64,000 bases of DNA from Scyliorhinus canicula (Eukaryota), in contig NW_024056011.1 in assembly GCF_902713615.1 (NCBI RefSeq), positions 62,001 to 126,000 on the forward strand, in the 5' to 3' direction. Below the pieces are notes generated by a model that was not told the origin of the DNA, ran no database searches, and saw nothing but the letters and a program-made list of their open reading frames with translations. Every line of letters begins with the position of its first letter. The stretch's first letter is position 1. This document shows, one piece after another, positions 47,386 to 60,597 of this stretch. The position numbers and the translations under genes were made by a program.

Positions 47386-48244
47386 GTACGTAATCCTCTT
47401 CCCTGTTTACTACATTGTCAATTTGGGAGACATCTGCAACTTTTCAATTGATGTCCTGTGAACCTGAGTCCTGTCTATTAATATATAACAGATAAAGCAG
47501 TGCTGCTAATATTACCCACTGGAGAATAGCACTCTGTACCCCACCCAATCTGAAACAATTGTTAACAACTATCCCTTAGTCACTGTTGTACACATTCTGC
47601 TCCTGCCACTTTAATCAAATGAGCATCAGTTTTGCTCACTTTTCAAATATGACACAGACATAAAGATATTTGTCCCAGACATTTCCATTCCCTGCGTCCC
47701 ATCAGAATTCCAAGGACAGGTTTAGTAACGCTCTGCTTGTCTAAACTGTTCCGCCAAATTCTAGCAGGTCAGATGCAGGACGGGGTTGTAGATAGAGCAA
47801 AGCTTCCTGCACTCTGAACCAGCAAACGCTCTCAGGCCAAATACATCACAGGATCAGATAAAGAATAAAGCTTCCTGAACCCTGTCCTATTATATACTCC
47901 CAGGGCACCAACAATAAAGATTTAGTTCCTGAGTAAACTTCCCTTCACAATCTCTCCTCAAATACTCGAAGGACAGGTGCAGTACAGAGCAAAGCCCCCT
48001 TAACAACATCCGCCATCTAACATGTGAAGGACAGGTAAAGCACATGTGAGGAACAGAGTAAAGCTTCCTCTTTGCCGGACCATCAGATACTTACAGAGCA
48101 GGAAAAACGCAGGGTATGTGTAGAGTAAAGTTCCCCATACTCCGTCCCATTAATTGGTGTATAAAACAAAGGAATTACTGGTGCAGGATTTTGGTGTGAA
48201 AATGTCCACACACTTGCACAAAAACTCAGAAAAAAACGGACATA

Positions 48245-48435
48245 GAACATAGAACATAGAACAGTACAGCACAGAACCCGGCCCTTCGGCCCTCGATGTT
48301 GTGCCGAACAATGATCACCCTACTCAAACCCACCTATCCACCCTATACCCGTAACCCAACACCCCCCCCCCCCCATAACCTTTAGGACACTACGGGCAAT
48401 TTAGCATGGCCAATCCACCTAACCCGCACATTTTA
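48245..48435 (-). mobile_element. 5'-truncated SINE with (TTCTATG)n tail and a 7-bp TSD, present only in copy 2
   Basis: GGACATA at 48238-48244 and 48436-48442; copy 1 has a single GGACATA at about 9928. Confidence 0.92.
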
Positions 48436-49269
48436 GGACATATGTCTTAATGTATATAATCTCAACCGTGTAACGGTGAACACCACAGTCGGCCCTACAT
48501 TTATTAACATCAATCTTGGGCCGACCCTGCAATCGACCCTGTCTCGCTTTGTACGAATGTATATCCTGAATCAGTAATCACTGCATTAGACCTTATCTCA
48601 GTTTTCGTTCATCTAGACGCCGTATCAATAATTACGGCACTAGAATCTGTCTCACTTTACATTAATCTCGACGGTCTATCAGCAATTAGTGCTCTTGAAC
48701 CCTGTCTAAATTTACATTACTGAAGACCCCCCCCCCATCAGAAATCATTGCACTCGACCTTGTCTCGGTTTGCATTAATCTAGACCCTGTATCAGGAATT
48801 ATAGTACTAGACCCTGTTTCAGTTTATATCTAATTTAGGCTTTGTTGCATTACATAGAACCATAGAAGTATAGAAGCATAGACAATAGGTGAAGGAGTAG
48901 GCCGTTCCGCCCCTTGAACTTGCTCTTCCATTCATTCTGAACGTGGCTGATAATCCAATTCAGTAAACTGTTCTCGCTTTCCTTCCATATCCTATGATCC
49001 CTATAGCCACAAGAACTATATATATAATTCCTTCCAGTAAACATACAATGTTTTGGCCTCAACTTTTTTCTGTGGTAGAGAATTCCACAGGCTCACCATT
49101 CTACGTCAATAAATTTCTCCACATCTATCTCCTTAGACTGTGTCCCTGATTCTGGACTCCCCTCCATTGATCATTGCTGCACACCCTGTCTCCGTTATTA
49201 TGAATATTTACCCTGTAACGGTAACTCCTGCATTAGAACCCTGCCCCAGTTATTGTGAATCCCGGTCTT

Positions 49270-49475
49270 TTCAAAGAAGCATAGAATGCCGACAGTGCAG
49301 AAGGAGGCCAGTCGGCCCATCGACTCTGCACCCGCCCTCCAAAACGGCACCTCACTGAGGACCACTCCTCCACCCTATCCCCATGACCCCAACTAACCTT
49401 TGCACACTCAGGGGAAATCTTTTAGAATGGCCAATCCACCTAACCTGCGCATCTTTGGGCTGTGGGAGGAAATTC
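49270..49475 (-). mobile_element. SINE 3' fragment, paralog of about 10720-10920
   Basis: GGCCAATCCACCTAACCTGCGCATCTTTGG together with a CR1-type tail. Confidence 0.75.
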
Positions 49476-49656
49476 TCGGTTTCCACTGCACTGCACTGTC
49501 TCCACTTGTATTAATCAAGGCCCTGTTTTAGCAATTCCGGGACACCGCCGGCTCTGTTTATTTAATATCAGTTTCTGTACCTGTAAATGGTGCGCTTCTC
49601 CCTGTTTTAGTTATTACTGTGCGAGACAATACCAATATTAATGGTGATGTGGAGAT

Positions 49657-50630
49657 TCCGGCGTTGGACTGGGGTGAGCACAATAAGAAGTCTTACAACA
49701 CCAGGTTAAAGTCCAACAGGTTTGATTCAAACACTAGCTTACGGAGCACTGCTCCTTCCTCAGGTGAATGAAGAGGTATGTTCCAGAAACATATATATAG
49801 GCAAATTCAAAGATACCAGACAATACTAAGAATGCGAGCATTTGCAGGTAATTAAGTCTTTAGAGATCCAGAGATAGGGGTAACCCCAGGTTAAAGAGGT
49901 GTGAATTGTCTCAAGCCAGGACAGTTATTAGGATTTTGCAAACACAGGCCAGATTGTGGGGGGTGAATGTAATGCAACATGAATCCTAGGCCCCAGTTGA
50001 AGCCACACTCATGTGTGTGGAACTTGGCTATAAGATTCTGCTCGGCGATTCTGCCTTGTTGCCGGTCACCTTACAATGCTCCACTTCTCCAGCTTCCACC
50101 CTAAACACATTAAAGAAGCCATCCCCTATCGACAAGCCCTCCATATACACAGGATCTGCTCAGACGAGAAGGAGCGTAACAGACATCTACATACGCTGAA
50201 AAATGCCCTTGTATGAACGAGATATGGGGCTCGACTCATCAATCGACAGTTCCAACGTGCCACAGCAAAAAAACGCACCGACCTCCTCAGGAGACAAACA
50301 CCGGACACAACCGACAGGGTACCCTTCGTTGTCCAGTATTTTCCCGGAGCAGAGAAACAACGATATCTGCTTTGCAGCCTTCAACACGTCATCTATGAAG
50401 ATGAACATCTTGCCAAGGACATCCCCACCCCCACTACTTGCCTTTAAGCAACTGCGCAACCTCAAACAAACCATTGTTTGCAGCAAATACCCAGTCTTCA
50501 GAACAGCGACCACGATGCCACACAACCCTGCCATGGCAATCTCTGCAAGACGTGCCAGATCATCGATATGGATACCGCCATTACACGTGAGAACACCACC
50601 CACCAGGTACACGGTTACACCATCCAGGAC
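49657..50630. mobile_element. Penelope-like element with an inverted structure (- 3' end about 49657-50070; + coding about 50070-50630)
   Basis: The + strand reads HFSSFHPKHIKEAIPYRQALHIHRICSD...RVPFVVQYFPG and PCHGNLCKTCQII; the - strand reads RIAEQNLIAKFHTHECGFNWGLGFMLHY. Confidence 0.88.
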
Positions 50631-50659
50631 AAATCAGTTGTTTGATTGTTGCCATCCAC

Positions 50660-51003
50660 AAGCTTTACTGTTGCAACTAATGAAGGTTTCATATTCAGCA
50701 CCCACCCGACACGGCTACAACCATCAACAAGGCCAAGAACAGCAGATACTTTGGAACACCAACACCTGGAGGTTCCTCTCCAAGTCACTCAACACTTTGA
50801 CCGTTCATATCGCCGTTCCTTCACTGTGGCTGGGTGAAAATACTGGATTCTCTCGGTAAAAGCAGTATGGGTGTAACTGCATGTCAGGGACTGCAGCAAT
50901 TCAAGGCGGCAGCTGACCACTACCTTCTGAATGGCAACTTGGAATGGGCCATAATTGCTGACCCAATCAGTGATGCCATATCGCGCATATGAATGAAAAA
51001 AAT
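50660..51003 (+). mobile_element. Non-LTR retrotransposon 3' end (CR1/L2 clade)
   Basis: Reverse-complement similarity to 58505-58700; ends ATGAATGAAAAAAATAAA. Confidence 0.6.
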
Positions 51004-51012
51004 AAAGGTTGT

Positions 51013-51532
51013 NNNNNNNNNNNNNNNNNNNNNNNNNNNNNNNNNNNNNNNNNNNNNNNNNNNNNNNNNNNNNNNNNNNNNNNNNNNNNNNNNNNNNNNN
51101 NNNNNNNNNNNNNNNNNNNNNNNNNNNNNNNNNNNNNNNNNNNNNNNNNNNNNNNNNNNNNNNNNNNNNNNNNNNNNNNNNNNNNNNNNNNNNNNNNNNN
51201 NNNNNNNNNNNNNNNNNNNNNNNNNNNNNNNNNNNNNNNNNNNNNNNNNNNNNNNNNNNNNNGNNNNNNNNNNNNNNNNNNNNNNNNNNNNNNNNNNNNN
51301 NNNNNNNNNNNNNNNNNNNNNNNNNNNNNNNNNNNNNNNNNNNNNNNNNNNNNNNNNNNNNNNNNNNNNNNNNNNNNNNNNNNNNNNNNNNNNNNNNNNN
51401 NNNNNNNNNNNNNNNNNNNNNNNNNNNNNNNNNNNNNNNNNNNNNNNNNNNNNNNNNNNNNNNNNNNNNNNNNNNNNNNNNNNNNNNNNNNNNNNNNNNN
51501 NNNNNNNNNNNNNNNNNNNNNNNNNNNNNNNN
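51013..51532. other. Assembly gap (about 520 N, one stray G at 51263)
   Basis: Seen directly. Confidence 0.99.
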
Positions 51533-51536
51533 NTAT

Positions 51537-51880
51537 TAAATGCTTTTTATTCGTTCATGGGATGTGGTGTCGCTGGCTGATCCTACAGTTCTTACCCATC
51601 CCTGAGGGCATTTAAGAGTCAACGACATTGCTGTGGAGTCATCTGGAGTCATATGTAGGTCAGACTAGTTAAGGGCGACAGATGTCCTTCCCTGAAGGAC
51701 ATCAGTGAACCAGATGGGTTTTGATTAGACAGGACAATGTTTCATGGTCATCGTTAGACTTTTAATTCCAGATCTTTCTTGATTCACATTTCACCACCTG
51801 CCGTGGTGGGAGCCCGAGTCCCCAGAGCTTGACTCTGGGTCTCTGGATTACTAGTTCAGCGACAATACCACTGTACTACT
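51537..51880 (-). mobile_element. Interspersed repeat with the same LINE-type 3' end, inverted
   Basis: TTTATTCGTTCATGGGATGTGGTGTCGCTGGCTG is shared with about 57190 and 58515. Confidence 0.55.
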
Positions 51881-52919
51881 GCCTTGTGCGTGGAAAGCGG
51901 CACTCACTTGTGTTTGGAAGAATATATTTTGTCGAGTCAATAACTATTAGCTGTTATGGAAGTTTGTTGCAAAGGCAAATACATATGTAAAACTCCTGAG
52001 GATCTGTTCTCATCTCTTTGTTTCAGACTACACCTAGATTAATTAATGTCTCTGTTCTCTACTCTCAGACTTAATTCACTTACAAAAGCACAATGAATAA
52101 CTATTTGGTGTTGAGTGTTTGGCCTGGTAATGGGTGTGTAATATTTTGCTGAAAGATCGGAGTGAATCTTGTGCCATTCACTTCATCACCAGGCTGAGGA
52201 ACAGAAACACAGGAGCCATATTGAATTTCACATTGCACAACACAGTCACAAACTCCATTGTGGTAGACATGCCTAATTCAGCCTTGTGTTCATCTGTGGC
52301 AATTACCCACTGTTTCCTTTCATTGTCCGAATTGTCTTTCACCCTTTTTGCTGAATGGATTTCTGTTTGCTTTTGGTGTGGCCACTGATTGTGAGAGACA
52401 GAGTTCTGAAACTGCCTGTGTGTGTATGTGTGTGTGTCTGCGTGTGGATATGTGTGTCTATGTGTGTGCCTGTATGTCTATAAGGGCCGGTTGGTTTGGA
52501 ACACATCATTATTCATTGCTTGCAAAATGGCGTTGCCAATAATTGCAATTATTTTTCAGCACATGCCGACATTTTATTGAGATTACCTTCCACATCCTAT
52601 GCTGCACTCAATATTTACAGGTCTTGAGTGACTTAGACAGTAATGTCAAGCTGTCCATTCCATTGTAAAGGCAAATATATCTTTCAAATTACTTACATAT
52701 CGGTTCACCTCGCTTTCTCTGTCTCAGGCTGCATCTAAATCAGTTGATCCCGCTTCTCCCTCTGACACGTAACTCACTTATACAGGCACACAGCAGCCGG
52801 GTCAGGCACCTAGTGTTTAAACCTTTTTTGTTGAAGGCACTTCATGTCTAAAAACATTAAGCACTAAAACGTCATCAGAGGAAAATTCTGTGCCCGAATG
52901 GCACCAGGTCATTCACTTA

Positions 52920-53075
52920 ACCGCTCTCTCTCCTCCCCTCTCTCTCCTTCCTCTCTCTCTCTCTGTCCCCCCCTCTCTCTCTACCCCCCCCCCCTCTCTC
53001 TCTCTGTCCCCCCACCCCTCTCTCCCCCCCCCCACTCTTTCTCTCTTCCTCCCTTTCTGTCTAGATCTCGCTCTC
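52920..53075. repeat. CT-rich microsatellite
   Basis: (CT)n and C-runs; (ATT)n nearby at about 53154-53176. Confidence 0.9.
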
Positions 53076-54419
53076 AGACATCAAGTGACTTCAAACTTCC
53101 TACTTTAGTAGAAAGTTAACAGATTGTTGTTTTAATTTCCCTTCATCTCTCCATATTATTATTATTATTATTATTGTGACCAGTGAAGATCATCTGTGCA
53201 CCTCCCGATCGGTTACTGTGTTTCAAAAACAAATAGTCCAACTTTTTCAAGGGACTGAAAATGGAGGTGAATGTAATGCTGAGACCGGCAGCAATCTGTG
53301 TGGGTGTTCTTGATGCTGTCAGAGTGAGTTCACCCTCACAGGCAGGAAGACTGTTCACGGTGATAACATGAAACTGACGCCTGCTGTTTCATTCTCAGGT
53401 AACACAACTTCCTGTTTCTCTGCTGCCGGTTCCAAACCGCACATCTCACTTCTGAGCAGAAAATAAATCTAGGGACCACAATCTGGTGAGAACATCTGTT
53501 AATGCGGCTTATATCTGCCCTCAGAGTCAGTGCAGACTCACACAGACCACATTGTGGTGACATTTATAAATGAACCTGTTGTGATCTGTTCAAAGCTTCC
53601 ATTACAGGACATAATTGGCTGGTCAGTGGATCAGTCACTGAGTTCCCCCGGTTCTCTGAAACCAGGAAATTATATCTTGCTCCCTTTCACTATTTTATAA
53701 TTCTCCTTCTCTCTGTGTAATTTATTTTGATTGTTTGTCAGCTTTTATCTCTCAACAAAGTGTATTTCTATCTCCTCTTCAAATGTCTTAGCTCAGTTTT
53801 AATCTGTATCAAGTTAGATGGTTCAACTATAATCATTGTCCAGGCACCTTTTCTGTATCTACCCCTGTCCTTAATTGAGCCCGACTAAAATGCAATCATT
53901 ATCCAGCTTTGCCCGCGTGCTCATCCTATCTTTTGACAGAGGCTGGGTGTATGTCGATAATTATCAGGAATATTTCAGAGGTTCATCGCTGTTTCCAATC
54001 CATTCTGTGAAAAAAGTAACACTGGATAGAACCGGCTTCGAAAAAGCATGATTATCTTTTGTGGCACTAATTCTTCCTGTGATGAGGTTTTGACTTTTGA
54101 AGTTTGGCTCCCAATTTGGTGATTTGAACATCAGCCTCCGTAAACTGCCGTATCCGGCTCATGTATGTCTGTGTAGATGAAGAACTGTGGGTAAAAATAA
54201 GAAACTGATGTTTTCAGTTCCTCTGCCAGATGCACCATTATCTCTCAGATATCAGAAAACTCTGTCATCCGCCATGATTGTCCTCATATTGGGTCTCTCA
54301 TAGATGTTTCCAATCCCTTTTATTGCACGGCAGACTGGACTCAGGACCGCATCTTTGCTTTCTTACAGATTCACTTCCTAATCAAATTAGGCCCCATGCC
54401 TCCCTTCATATTATCAACA

Positions 54420-55200
54420 GTCTCAGTTATTGATACACTGGAGCCTGTCTCTATGATTATTATTATTCCTGACCCAAGTCTGACCGCGGGCCCGGCAGTC
54501 ACTGTTATTGATACACTGGAGCCGGTCTCTGTGATTATTATTATACCAAACCCCAGTCTGACCCCGGGCCCGGCAGTCTCTGTTATTGATACACTGGAGC
54601 CTGTCTCTGTGATTATTATTATACCAGACCCCAGTCTGACCCCGGGCCCGGCAGTCTCTGTTATTGATACACTGGAGCCGGTCTCTGTGATTATTATTAT
54701 TCCTGACCCCAGTCTGACCCCGGGCCCGGCAGCCTCTGTTATTGATACACTGAAGCAGGTCTCTGTGATTATTATTATACCTGACCCCAGTCTGTCCCCG
54801 GGCCAGGCAGTCACTGTTATTGATACACTGGAGCCGGTCTCTGTGATTATTATTATACCTGACCCCAGGTTGACCCCGGCCCCGGCAGTCTCTGTTATTG
54901 ATACACTGGAGTCGGTCTCTGTGATTATTATTATACCAGACCCCAGTCTGACCCGGGGCCCGGCAGTCTCTGTTATTGATACACTGGAGCCGGTCTCTGT
55001 GATTATTATTGACCCAGACCCCAGTCTGACCCGGGGCCCGGCAGTCTCTGTTATTGATACACTGGAGCCGGTCTCTGTGATTATTATTATACCAGACCCC
55101 AGCCTGACCCCGGGCCCGGCAGTCTCTGTTATTGATACACTGGAGCCGGTCTCTGTGATTATTATTATACCAGGCCCAAGTCTGACCCCGGGCCCGGCAG
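54420..55200. repeat. 78-bp minisatellite, about 10 copies
   Basis: GATACACTGG at 54432, 54510, 54588 and onward; most units carry CCGGGCCCGG and (ATT)n. Confidence 0.97.
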
Positions 55201-55369
55201 TTGCAATCCACTTCGCAAATCCAAGGAGAAAAGCTGTTTGTTTTCTCAGAAGTAGCGGTGTGGTGTGCGTGTGTATGTGCGTGTATGTGTGTGTGAGGGA
55301 GGTGGGGGGCGGTGAGTATGTTGGGGGGGGGGTGGTGGTTTGGGGGGAGACCTCAAAACATCAATGATG

Positions 55370-55546
55370 TGCCAGTTTAGGACAGGGTTAAATCGCTGGC
55401 TTTGAAAGCAGACCAAAGCAGGGCAGCAGCACTGTTCGATTCCCGTAACAGCGTCCCCGGACAGGCGCCGGAATGTGGCGACTAGGGGCTTTTCACAGTA
55501 ACCTCCTTTGAAGCCTACTCGTGACAATAAGCGATTTTCATTTCAG
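55370..55546 (+). mobile_element. Family B SINE
   Basis: GGGTTAAATCGCTGGCTTTGAAAGC...GTGACAATAAGCGATTTTCATTTCA. Confidence 0.88.
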
Positions 55547-56446
55547 TAACCCGTGTTTCGCTGAATGGAGAGACTGGCCAGAGTTTTTTTTTATCTCCTT
55601 CACTCCCTCTGTCTGAGTTTCTGAAATAATGGATAATGGACACCAAGGATTTTAATTTAAACTATCATCTTGGGAATTGATCTATATTTTGTGGTCGAGG
55701 CTCCGGACTGGAACTTGCACCCACAACTTTCTGACTGAGGGCATAAGCGTACCACCAATGAATCGATGCCGACAAGACATGTTCGCAGTTCCCATTACAT
55801 TAATGCAAAGGGAATGCAGCACATAGACTAGAAAGCTAAACTAACCACGGAAGCTGCTGGAAAGACCCAAAGGTCAGAAAGCAGATGAAAATCTGTTTGT
55901 TTTTTTGTCCATTCACATTATTCCCAGTCTCACAGGAAGGTGCGGAGAGGATGAGGGATTTTGGAGGCTGATAAATATTCAGTTTCAGTTGTACAAACAC
56001 GCCTTCAATGGTCAACAAATCCTGGAGTGGAATTTGAACCGAAGGCAAACAGCTCAGAAACAGAAGTGTTACTCTGGCGGGTCGCATTTTCAGGGACAAA
56101 TACAGTTAGTTTCAGGGCAATGAACCTGGTGCTGATGTTCTGTCAGTGACATGAAACGTGAACTCTGTTTCTCTCCTCAGATTCTGCCTGACATGCAGAG
56201 AAATTCCAGCGATTCTATCTGCCTGACACTAACTTCATCCAATTCACAGTGCAATGGTGCTTGAGTCACATTAAGCATGAGGGGCAGCTTTTTCTATTAG
56301 AACATTAAACGCTGCCTTCTCTCTCGCACACGATTATTTCAGATCCAACGTTGATTGGCTGCACCAAATACTTACAGTGTCATCATGAGACTCGATCCAG
56401 AGATGTGTTCAGTGATGCAACTGCAGATTACAACTGTTATCATTAT

Positions 56447-56767
56447 CATCATAAAATTTACAGTGCAGAAGAGGCCATTCGGCCCATCGTGTCTGCACCC
56501 GCTCTTGGAAAGAGTACCATACTTAAAGCCACGCCTCCACCCTATCCCCGTAACACAGTTACCCCAAATAACCTTTTTTGGACACTAAGGACAATTTTAT
56601 CATGGCCAATCCACCTAATATGCACATCTTTGGACTTTGGGAGGAAACCCACGCAGACACGGGGAGAATGTGCAGACTCCGCACAGACAGTGACCCAAGT
56701 CGGGAATCGAAGCTGGGACCCTGGAGCTGTGAAGCAGCTGTGCTAACCACTGTGCTACAGCGCTGCT
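56447..56767 (-). mobile_element. Family A (HE1/V-SINE-like) SINE
   Basis: Reverse copy with tRNA-like head and CR1-type tail. Confidence 0.88.
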
Positions 56768-57795
56768 GTACATTTTTCCTCTCAAAGTAAGCAATGACTT
56801 TGCTATTTTCATTGCATCATATAGAATAAAAGTGGACAAGCATGCTGCCTCGGTAAAATTTGAACAAATAGCCTGCCTACCATTCAAATTTTAATGCTCT
56901 GATTCTCTATTATTAGTTTAGGGAAACACATCGCTGTCAGTTCTGAGTAAGAGTCTGTTTCCCATATTGTCATTTTTGACGTATTCAGTTATTAACTTAC
57001 ATGTCTTTCTACGATTATGATCACACAAATACATGTCTTTCCAACGTTACCTCAGGTCCTGTCTCTTACGCCTAAATAGTCCATATATCGGTCTATATTA
57101 CTCTCATGGTAAGTTAATGTTATCACTATTCCAGCATATCTTTCTGTCTACATATGACCAGATAATGTCTATGTTACTGCTGCAATATATTTTTAATTCA
57201 GTGATGGAATGCGGGTCACGGGTTGGTCAGCATAGGTTTCCGATCCCTCATTGCCCTTGACAAGGTTGTGGTGAGCTGTCTTCTTAAAGCGCTGCACTTC
57301 ACGTCCACCAATCCATATATCTGTATATATCACACCACGCCTGGTCTCTCTTAATGCTTCAGCAGGTCACAATTTATTTTAGCGAAAATTACATATAGGG
57401 TACACAACCTATAGACAGACAAATCAGTCCACAAATCATTAGAGTGATTGTGGGGGAATTGGTTAAAATAACAGCCACAAATTGTAGCAATATAAATATT
57501 GAACATTCTCTAGAAGCTGCGGGTGTTTGAATTCTTCCTGTCAACGGGAATAATCGGTCACAATAACAACGTGAACGGAGACTGGGCACAGTTAAGGCAT
57601 TATTGAGAGAGACTCTTGCGTATTAATGATCAGTGTGGTTTTTGGACTATAAACAAATGCATGTTGTACGCAGTAATAACAAAGACAAAATCTATTCTAT
57701 CATAAACAGAGACAATGCGACTATAATATAAATTGGGACAAGTTCTAATGTTATATAAACTGAGATAGGTGCTGTAGGAATATAAACAGATACAT

Positions 57796-58142
57796 GGGCA
57801 GCACGGTAGCATTGTGCATAGCACAATTGGTTCACAGCTCCTAGGTTCGATTCTGGCTTGGGTCACTGTCTGCGCGGAGTCTGCACATCCTCCCCGTGTG
57901 TGCGTGGGTTTCCTCTGGGTGCTCCGGTTTGCTCCCACAGTTCAACGATGTGCAGGTTAGGTGGATTGGCCATGATAAATTGCCCTGAGTGTCCAAAATT
58001 GCCCTTAGTCTTGGGTGGGGTTACTGTGTTATGGCGAGAGGGTGGAGGTGTTGACCTTGGGTAGGGTGCTCTTTCCAGGAGCCGGTGCAGACTCGATGGG
58101 TCGAATGGCCTCCTTCTGCACTGTAAATTCTATGATTCTGTG
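57796..58142 (+). mobile_element. Family A SINE, full length
   Basis: GGGCAGCACGGTAGC head through ATTCTATGATTCT tail. Confidence 0.9.
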
Positions 58143-58504
58143 AGGATCTAATATAAACAGAGGCGTGGTCAAGTGGAATAAAAATTCAGGCAGTGACGAG
58201 TGCATCAATGTTTGATATAGATTTAAAATGAACGGAGGAATGGTTTAGTGCAGTAATAACGGAGACAGGATCTCGGGAAAGACAACTCGACTGGAACTGG
58301 CCCCGTAGAATTCTATCTATTTCCTGACCCTATCAACATGATGTGACACAGAAGTTAGTGCAGTGGTCATAGAATAAGATTTATATGTGCAACGGTAAAG
58401 GAAACATGACAAAGTACAATCATAACAGGCAGGGCAGCGTATAATATAAACAGAGGCAAACACTTGTGCAACAGGGATTGAGGTACCGTCCAGTTCAATA
58501 TATA

Positions 58505-59400
58505 AATTTTCAATATTCATTTACAGGAAGTGGCGTCACTGGCTGGGCCTGTGTTTGTCCATCCCTTGCTGTACTTCAGAAGGTGGCGATGAGTTGCCTT
58601 ACTGAACCGCTGAGTCGCTACTGCATAGATACACCCAAAGTGCTGTTATGAAGGGAAATCCATCGACAGTGAAGGGATAACGATGTATTTCCAAGGCACG
58701 ATAGAAGGCGATGTGGCGGGAAATCTCCAGTTAATGGATCCCATGTATCTGTTGCTCTAGTCCTTCTTTATGGTAGAAGTCGTGGGATTTAAAGGTGCTG
58801 CCTAGGGATCTTTAGCGATTTGCTACAGTGCATCTTCTAAATGGTACTTAATGCAGCCTATGATTGTCGGTGGTTGAGGAATTGGATGTTTGTGGAAGGG
58901 GTGCCAAATAAGCCCTTTTTGTCCTCGCTGGCGTCAATCTTCTTGAGTGCCGTTGCAGCTTCACTCATTAAGGCAAGTGGAGAGGATTCCATCATATCTC
59001 TTACCGTGTAGAGAGGCTTCCTTCCATTTGATCTGATCTGGTAGCTCTGGTATTTATATGGCTAGTCCAGTTCGGTTCCTGGTCAATGGTAACGCCCAGG
59101 ATGTTGATAGTGGTGTTTCAGCGATGGCAATGTCAGCGGATCTCACGGATAGTTGGATCCTCTCTTGTTGCAGATAGTTGTTGCCTGGCATTTGGTTTGC
59201 GTGAATGTTACTTGCTACTTATCAGGCTGGCCTGGATATTGCCCGGGTGTTGCCCTCTTTGGACATGGACGACTGGGGAGTTTAGAATGGTGATGAACAT
59301 TGTGCATTCATCAGCTAAAATCCCCATATGTGACCCTATCATACAAGGAAGGTCATTGTTGAGCAGCTGAAGATAGTTGGACTTGGGACACTACACTAAG
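58505..59400 (-). mobile_element. Degraded non-LTR retrotransposon (RT C-terminus and 3' end)
   Basis: The minus strand around 59090-59240 gives remnants of the NIQA...WQVTF and INILGVTIDQ motifs. Confidence 0.7.
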
Positions 59401-60334
59401 GAACGTGGCTGGTTCGTGTAACGGAATAACTGAGACAGAGCCTCGTGTAATACAAACAGGTGTATATTTTGGTTTAGTATCAATTAAAGCTGTGTGTAGC
59501 GAAGTAACAACTGAGACATGGATTTTTATAACATTAGCCGTGATATGATTCAGTGCAGTTGTAACGTCCAGAGTTCCCATTCTTATAAGAAGAGGGCCTT
59601 GCTTCAGAATATCAAAAACTTGGATTTAGCCGAGTACAGAAACAACGGAGATCTGCTGTCATAAAATCAGCAACATGACCTAGTCTAATATAGACAGAGT
59701 CTAATTTAATACGAACACAGAGGATCCGTTGCAGCAACAATTTCTGCTTCGTGTCATGTCAGCAATCACGGTTCCACTGCCATCAACTGGCCAAACATTG
59801 CTATGGCGGTTTCTGATATTTTAATAATTATTTCATGGGCGTGGGTCTTAATGAAAAGGCCAACATTTGTTGACTATCCCTAACCCCATAAACTGATTAA
59901 CTTATTGGGTCATTTTATTTACATCCATTCCCACTGTCAGCTCGGTAAGATTTGAATACAGGGCCTCAGTAAGTTAAGTTGAGCATCTCAGTTACTCGCC
60001 CAGTGATATTACCGTTACCATGCTAGCGTCTCTTTAAGCAGAGTCAGAGGTTGCTTTCAGTGCAGAAGAAGGTCGCACAGCACGACATGTATCTACCTTC
60101 CCACTAAAGGGATGATTTATGCAATAGCACTCTTTTCTCCGTAGCCTCGCATTGATTTTTATTTTGAGATGTTAATGCAATTCCCCTTTGTCAGCATCAA
60201 TTGACCAGGCCACCACCACACAGTCAAACAGTCCAGTCCACATCCTCACCACTCACTGGGAGAAAACGTCTCTCCCATGATTCTTTGCCCAATTCCCTTC
60301 AATCTGTGTCCTCTGGTACACGACCGTCCCACTT

Positions 60335-60597
60335 ATAGTAATAATCTTTCTTATTGTCACAAGTAGGGTTAATTAACACTGCAATAAAGTTACTGTAAAA
60401 CTCCCCATGTCCCCATAATTCAGCGCCTGTTCGGGTACACAGAGAGAAACCCGTGCTCCGGAGCACCAGGAGGAAACCCATGCAGACACGGTGAGAACGT
60501 ACAGACCCCGCACTTACAGTGACCCCAAGCAGGAATCGAACCTGGGATCTTGGCGCTATGAAGCAACAGTGCTAACCATCGTGCTACCGCGCCACCG
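60335..60597 (-). mobile_element. Chimeric SINE: family A head/core with family B-type tail
   Basis: The reverse strand reads GGTGGCGCGGTAGCACGATGGTTAGC...GGGTTTCCTCC...TTTTACAGTAACTTTATTGCAGTG...GTGACAATAAG. Confidence 0.8.

Larger units (their letters stand above)
36741..49840. repeat. Segmental duplication, copy 2
   Basis: Colinear with 1-11293 and about 1.8 kb longer because of two extra insertions. Confidence 0.97.

Noticed and set aside
50203-50859. 218-aa ORF as a host gene
   Set aside because: It is mostly an off-frame reading of decayed Penelope sequence running into a LINE tail.
50989-51615. ORFs made of X residues and the lone G at 51263
   Set aside because: Artefacts of the N-gap.
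53213-53275. J-segment-like remnant (TACTGTG ... TTTTTCAAGGGACTGAAAATGGAGGTGAAT|GTAATG), paralog near 11311-11540
   Set aside because: No nonamer at 12 or 23 nt, FGxG requires two indels, and it lies on the opposite strand to the V.
54396-55367. 323-aa ORF with a 26-aa repeat
   Set aside because: A 78-bp unit divisible by 3 keeps frames open on both strands; there are no splice or domain features.
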